A stretch of DNA of 59,759 bases, the filler included, from Platydemus manokwari (Eukaryota), in the NCBI GenBank assembly GCA_037951405.1. It is 5 parts of 5 records of this genome, joined end to end, with 100 filler letters (N's around TTAATTAATTAA, not from the genome) between each part and the next. Parts side by side here need not be neighbours in the genome. Positions count along the whole stretch, not along the records: positions 50,067 to 59,759 come from JBBMOY011216989.1; 4 more parts are not named here. One strand, written 5' to 3'. The notes below the pieces were generated by a model. It searched no databases, was not told where the DNA came from, and worked only from the letters and a program-made list of their open reading frames with translations. The position numbers were made by a program, and so were the translations under genes. Positions 53,123 through 59,759 of the stretch are shown in pieces (positions within the stretch are counted from its first letter, which is position 1; each line of letters starts with the position of its first letter).

Positions 53123-53997
53123 TCCAATTGCCCATTCGAGAAGTTATTTAATTGGGAATAAAACATCTGTTAAACTTAGAATTACTTTAACCTTAACAGG
53201 CTCTTTAATTTGACAATGAAAATTGAAATTTTCTCTTTAAAATTGATAGTTATTATTATAATTTATACAACCCTTAGAAGAAGACTATCGGAAATAATCC
53301 AGTTTATTTCGTCATAAAAGAGAGCCGCATCTGAAATACTATCCTCTGAAACACTTTCTAGCTGTAGACCAAAACGCTATAACAAATGCGGTTACTTCTA
53401 CTTAAATAATACAAAAACAATTTCACTAGTTGTGCTACTTGTCTTTACACTCTGTACTAGTCTTGTTTTAAAATTTCATGTCATCAATTGGTAGGTAACA
53501 AGTTTCGTATTTTGTATAAGCGCGAAAATCGAGAATAAATTCTCTTAGGTAAAACAATTTCGATTGACCATGATAAAATAACTTCAAATACTGAACACCA
53601 TCTTGAATCCCCATTTATTTCCGATTCATGAATAGATCGTATCGGAGAAAGCAATCATAATGCAGTTAAATGGTAGCATGACTACAAATCAGCAAAAAAT
53701 TGTGCTTATTTTAAATAATGACGTATGTTACTATTTTTAGATGTTATGTTGTTTCTCAGTATTTGAGTTTGTTGGACATGTAAATGTAAAATATTTAATT
53801 TATTTTGATTTATATTTTTTAAACATAAGTGAAGATGCAGAATTGCGAAATATTTCGAAAGAGAGAAAGGAAATTATATCATTATTTAATAAATATATAA
53901 TATATAATATCTCCTTGAAACAGAATAACAAACCAGTCTAATCGACGGATTCAAGGACTAGCCTCAACCATTTATCACGATTCAAAGCAATAATGAT

Positions 53998-54420
53998 AAC
54001 AATGATGTTACAACACCGGTATCTTCTTTTAAGATTGTTTCTTATAAAAAATCATCCATAAATGGCTGATATTTGAAGCATGGCACGACAAACAAAACGG
54101 TGAGTATAATTCCCCATAAAACTATTAGACTCTTCGGTTTGATCTAACATTTATTGTTGCTTCTTTAGCCATTTCCTCAGGAATCCATTAAATTTATTGA
54201 GGATTATTTATCATCGGTATCGCTCATACAATTACGAAGTTTGCCATCCTCAAGCCCAAATTATGCTCATATAAACAAAGTGATCAACAGCTTTCACTAC
54301 CCAAAACCACTCCGAAATTTTGAAATTTTGGTTTCCAAGTCGATTCAAAACTTCTCAATGAGAAACGGATCGATGTCATCTATCTCCTTAAACATACCTT
54401 TGAAAAGATAGTCAAAACAT
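53998..54420 (-). pseudogene. relic resembling the N-terminal region of a Maverick/Polinton-type protein-primed DNA polymerase B ORF
   Basis: DLETKISKFRSG / WVVKAVDHF / IPEEMAKEATINVRSN / NSFM follow the F...GSGW....VD.L / LP..L..K.A.IN..N.D..CF.W pattern across frameshifts. Confidence 0.4.
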
Positions 54421-54599
54421 CCAGACATAATATGTCTCTTAGTTCTCAAATCTCTTTATTTTCAGATTTTAAAAGTTTTTAAAAATTTTGATTTGTACTT
54501 AACGGCATAAGTAAAGTGGTCGCTTAGATCTAATTGCGTTTTAGATCTAATTTACTTTAAGCAAATAGGAACAAACCCCAAATATAATCTAGATAAATT

Positions 54600-54770
54600 G
54601 AGGATCTGAAGTCTGCACAAACTTGAACAACCTGCCTGAGTTTTCTTCTGCTAGTGTGCCTCTTATACAATATAGTGTGAGATACATTAAATCTGCTACG
54701 ATCAATGTCTACCTGTATAATAGCCAGGTAGATACAGCAGTGATACAACGCACTTGCTAATTCCTTTAAT
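54600..54770 (-). mobile_element. possible hAT transposase C-terminal dimerisation-domain relic
   Basis: KELASALYHC...AIIQVDIDRSRFNVSHTILYKRHTS resembles L..LA..LL.IPASSA.VER.FS....I..KR. Confidence 0.3.
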
Positions 54771-56860
54771 ACAGAATCCTGATTATAAATTTAAATCTAC
54801 TTTGAATACTTTTCTCTTGGTCAACTTGAAAATTGCGAAAACTACTGCTTTTCTTGAATATTCATAAATATTTTCGGTCAAGACCAACTGTGGGTACCAA
54901 AACTATTAAGCTTAAAACGACTTATATTAACTTTGTTTAAACTCAGCCACAGTAAGCATTATTATTTATATTTTATATATAATCTTTTTATCTCTTTCGG
55001 TTACAACACGTAAATCCACAGGTTCATTAAACAGTATTCTAAAATTAATAAGATAATTAAATGACCTTTTGTATTTTATTTTCAGATCGTACAAGTGACC
55101 TATGCAACCAATCGGATTTGATTTTCGAGTTGGATTTTTTCGACTCCGACTGTGAGTTTACTTAATATTTTAGCTTCAATGCGAACCGATTTCAGTAGAA
55201 AAGAAGTCCAATAAGAAATAAGAGCACGTCAAATGTGAGTAGTACTAAATTTAACACATCTGTAAAGACTTTTATTAATAGAACTTGCGCACACAATGTT
55301 TTTTAATTATTTCAAGTGGTCGATGACAACAAGATTACGTTAATTTTGGTGTGAAATCAAATATATGTAAAAAATAGCTTGTTTAAGTAAGCTTCAAAGT
55401 AACCAAAGATCAAACTAAAACTTTCTTCTAACATTATAAGAAACTCAATATTTCTCCCGGAATAAAGCTATTAAGATTAGAAGTAAAATTAATTGACCCT
55501 CACCGATTCACAGTAAAGGTTTGTAATTGGCCCTTTACTACCCCCATTTAATGATTCTTAATAATCTTACCAGTTAACTCTAATATATTCAGTGGTCTCT
55601 AATTCTAGAATTGGTTCCCAAATAAACATGTGATATACTTTCTAGCTAACAAATGAAGCTCATATTCTGATATAAAGTGTCACAAAATCATGAAACAATC
55701 ACCTTTAAAATATAAACAACATTATCAAATTGAAAATTATAGCAAATAATATATTTTGATAATATATTATCAAATACAGAACAAATGGAACTGGAATAAT
55801 TCAATGAAAAATTCACCAATCTAATATGGTAGATAATTTGACCAATAAAATGGCATCGATATAAACAATGTATTCATTCGACTGAATGCAAATTGAGTGA
55901 TTTATGATTTCTGTTCACGGTTAGAAATATATTTGTTTTAATTGTATGATATCTTTTAAATGATTTTTATCTATTTTTTTACTTTAATTATTTTTTAATG
56001 TTTTAATGTTTTCTTTCGGTTTTTTTTAATAACTGATATTTTTATTTAGAAGCTATCCCCATTAACTATTAATATGATTTGTAAATCATTAAAACCATTT
56101 ATTTACAAATAAGCATCTGTGTGTGTGCTCATTTAATGCTGGTGGATTTCATTGATTTTATCAGCGTATCGAATTACCTATAGATTGTTCATATTAATAA
56201 TGCACTAATATTTATCATTTGTTTTATCGACATCATTTCCATTTTTATTGTTTTCAACAAATCAGGGATTCGAATTTTATCAAAAGCAAAAAAACTGATT
56301 CGATTTTTAAAATCGTTGAAGGATTTCATTGTTTGTTTTTCTTTCCTCTCCATGATGGGATATGGGTTCTCACGATATGAGTTGAGAAAAAGGCCTATGT
56401 TCGGTCGTTATATTATTAATCAATTTGTTTTTGTCATCAATATTACTGTTGGGAAAAAATTTAAAGAATTTTTATTTTTTTAATATTTTGTTTAAATAAA
56501 TCGAATTATTTTAATTTATCTTAATTAGATATTGTATCCAAGTATATTATATTATATTATATCATTATTTACTAATATTGATGGGAATTTTAAAAGGTAA
56601 CTTGATTGGATTTAAATCAATAAGTTAAACTCAATGATTTCAATCTTTACTAAGCTTAATTTAAGATATGTTTAAGTAGGTAATCGATATTTCCACCAAA
56701 AATCTAACTCCTAACAGAAAATTAGGTGATGTTCCTCATATCAATAATCAAAATAATTCGTAAAACAAAATAATTTATTGACAATTAAATATAAAATTTA
56801 TAACTGCAATGGATACTAAAAGAATAAGTGACGCGCCGTTAAGAGATTAAAATCAGTGAA

Positions 56861-57212
56861 GGGTCTAGGTGCTTCCTATTCCGAATATAAACTGAAGGAT
56901 ATGATTATTTTAGGCTTCTGCAAAATCGATATCGACTTTGAGGAGATTATGATATGTTATTGGAGATTGATGAAAGATAATTAAAAATATGGACAATAGA
57001 AATGGCTACCAAGGTGAGATTGAAAATGCCCAACTGAACACCGAAAGTTTGCAAATGTATAATTTCCAACAATGGTTATATGCGTTCACTTTTTGTAGCG
57101 AAAACTTTGGTGCAATGAAGTCTGACTACCGTCAGTTTATATGGTATTTTTTGCCAGTGAGTGACTAAGCGCAAATATTCATGTCTCCTTGGAGATTTGC
57201 AGCGCTGTCATG
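56861..57212 (+). mobile_element. possible PIF/Harbinger transposase N-terminal relic
   Basis: GLGASYSEYKLKD..ILGFCKIDIDFEEIM, MKSDYRQF and HVSLEICSAVM, compared with Harbinger EL...D.....F.RMD...F.EL / SL.YQF / IV.EVC.AI. Confidence 0.35.
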
Positions 57213-57756
57213 GTTTTTTTTTATTATTAACTTAGATTAACATTGTTTTGCTGCTAATTTCCATGGTAACGTGAATAATTATCTAAATTAGTCACTGCTA
57301 ATTGATAACATTTCATATTTTTTACTTTTAAATTTTTTGCTTATATGCAATTTTTTATTTTTTTTATTATTATATTATTATGTTTATATATGCTTATATA
57401 TATATACATTATTATTATTTATTTCCATGGGTTTCTATGTATCAAACAATTTATACATAATTTAAATTTAATTTCATAATTTCATATAATTAAAACAATA
57501 AAACCCGGTTTAGTCAATTTCCCATGTAGACAAACCTCAAGATTTGCTCTCAGTTACTGTTAATGGCACGTACATTGTCTTTATACTTTCTATATAAACA
57601 TCATCTTAAAAATACATGCCGATGAAAATTTTCAAATGCCGTTAAATGTAGGAAAATTTTAAAAAAAAAACAAAGATTATTTGATTTATATTCACAAATA
57701 TTAAAACAAAACCCAATTGTAGTAGAATCGTATTCGAATCCGTTCGGCATCGTTGT

Positions 57757-57918
57757 TTAAACAAATCTCTTCATCAAAGAATTCAGTCCATTGAAAATCC
57801 GACATTTGAAATACGTGCGAATATGCATTGTAAGCTCATTCGAATTTCTTTTTTGAGAATTTTCAATTAACTTGATTTAATCTGGTGTGAAATAACCAGT
57901 TTTAATTCTGGTAACAGA
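57757..57918 (-). pseudogene. Myb/SANT-like domain relic with in-frame stop
   Basis: RIKTGYFTPD*IKLIENSQKR...IRTYFKCRIFNGLNSLMKRF resembles K.G.(W/F)T.EE..LI; TAA sits where Glu (GAA) is expected. Confidence 0.33.
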
Positions 57919-58645
57919 TTCAATAAAAGATCTAATATTAAAATTTAAATCCACAGATGATCATGACAGATTTTTAGGTAGCACATATTTCGCGAGTTCG
58001 AAATAAATCAATAAATAATTTCTATCATAATCAATATAACACAATAACAATAGAAAAAAAATATAATAATTAAAGCATAGCGGTTATTATTATCATCATT
58101 ATAATAATAATTATCATTATTATCATTTTAATTGTTATTATTATTAACGAAAATCGTTGAACGAATCTTCAACTACTCATAATTTATAAGTAGACCTCTT
58201 TGTATTTAAATGATTATTTTGTGATTTGCAAATTTATTTTTATTTAATTATTATATTATAACAAAATATCATTAAATTGATTATTTATGTTTTGATTCAA
58301 TTTAAATTTTATTGGAATTTTTATTTATTTTTCGTTATTTGTTTTTAAAATTTTTTTTATAATTTTATTTTCTCTTTATTACCATACTGTCTTTTTATCT
58401 ATTTTTTTATTTTTTATTTTTTCCAGTTCATTTATACATTTTTTCCTTGTTTATTTTATAGTTTTTCATTCCTAACATTTTCATCCACCTGTTGATTTCT
58501 GGACATGATAATGAATGAAATATACATGATGTTTTATTTTGTTTTTTTTTTAATTTTTTGTTGTTTTTGGAATTTTTTCATTTTCAAATTCCTCTCTCAT
58601 TGAAACGAAATAACAAAACAAAATTAATTCAACAATTATTTCAGA

Positions 58646-58914
58646 TATTTCTGTTATTGTCTCAACTGAACACTACCGCTATGAATCGTCTCGATCAATT
58701 CATTGAAATTTATGACAAGTTCACAACGCCAATTCAAATTTCCCCCCAAAAGAATTTCGTCCTCATCAATGACAAATCGAGTTTCGAAAAATGGTTTCTC
58801 AAACACCGACGAGCTATCGTACGGATATCGTTCAAAACCATAGAATCCATCATGAATTTTCAATTTGTCTTGACTTCTCTTGTCAGAAAAACGAGTAATC
58901 AAATTATTTTATAA
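58646..58914 (+). CDS. hypothetical exon/ORF
   Basis: Open frame after a TTTCAG acceptor with protein-like composition (MNRLDQFIEIYDKFTTPIQISPQK...); no family recognised. Confidence 0.25.
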
Positions 58915-59759
58915 TACATTTCTCTTATTGCTTCACCCGTGAAATATTGGACCAATCAATTCTGAAATCATTGCACTACATTCAATCATAGTCGACAATT
59001 CTGTCCCACTAATTTTGTTATTTTATGAATTAATTAAAACAAATATTGAGATTTAAATTATAATGGTTTAATTTTTATCAATCGACTGCTGTTCTCTTTG
59101 ACACACTGCCACTTGTACTTCTTTCATTCAAAACCAATGCTATGTCGGTAAAGAAAGTCCCAATCAAATATAAATATTAATACCAATCTAATTTTATAAT
59201 CAACTATGTTGTTCCTCTGCTAAACCTTCATCACCTCATGATTGTTTTAGCATGTTTTTCTCTGTCGATAAATAGATGATTTTTAGATTGATTTAGTTTA
59301 AAATTTCTTTAAAACATGCTCGAAAATGCCATAAAGAACGAAACTTTTAAAATTAACATTTTATATTTAAAGCTAATAACAATCTAAAACGTTGTTATTA
59401 TTCTTTAAACCCATTAATTTATAAACAGAAAAATTCTGAGAAATATTTTTCATGAAATTATCTACTTAGATTTATCAGTAGATTAAATGTTTAAATTAAA
59501 TTTGAAATAATCTTGAATACAATTACCAATTCACATGACAAATAATTTCCTGAGTTGAAATTTCATTTACAAGCGAATTCATTTTCTTGAAGTAGAAAAA
59601 TAACAAAATTAATGAATAAATAATTAATAGATTTATAATAATTTATGTTGTTTATATTTCATTATTTATATTTATTATGAGGATAATATTTTTAATTTTA
59701 TTATTAATTTAATTTAATTATTATTATTATTAATATTTTTATTAATGCTATTATCATTA

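Noticed and set aside
1-59759. tRNA/rRNA genes, non-standard genetic code, other short I/F/L/K-rich ORFs
   Set aside because: No RNA-gene signatures were seen by eye; the conserved genes translate with the standard code and normal stops; the remaining short ORFs look like random AT-rich frames.

Overview
Very AT-rich eukaryotic (animal) genomic DNA, not prokaryotic. It consists of five contig pieces joined by artificial 100-nt spacers (N44-TTAATTAATTAA-N44), so adjacency across 14113-14212, 28376-28475, 41154-41253 and 49967-50066 is unproven. Confident genes, all with tiny GT-AG introns of 43-49 nt: RPS12 (+) and RPS27 (-), arranged tail-to-tail around a shuffled modular repeat array, and the KH1-KH2-RG-tail part of an FMR1/FXR gene (+). 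There is also an intronless 737-aa lysine-rich protein with PAAK repeats and a Cys-rich tail, a Gly/Ala-rich RGG/YG ORF missed by the ORF track, and several orphan exons. Most of the rest is decayed mobile DNA: two mariner relics, MITEs, solo-LTR-like families, and weaker copia-, gypsy-, R4-like LINE, hAT, Harbinger(+Myb) and Maverick/Polinton polymerase-like relics. FMR1, very short introns and divergent ribosomal proteins suggest a fast-evolving, compact-intron metazoan (an orthonectid-like parasite is a guess, not shown). I found no CRISPR array, RNA gene or clearly novel multi-gene system. All family assignments come from motif recognition by eye; no searches were run.
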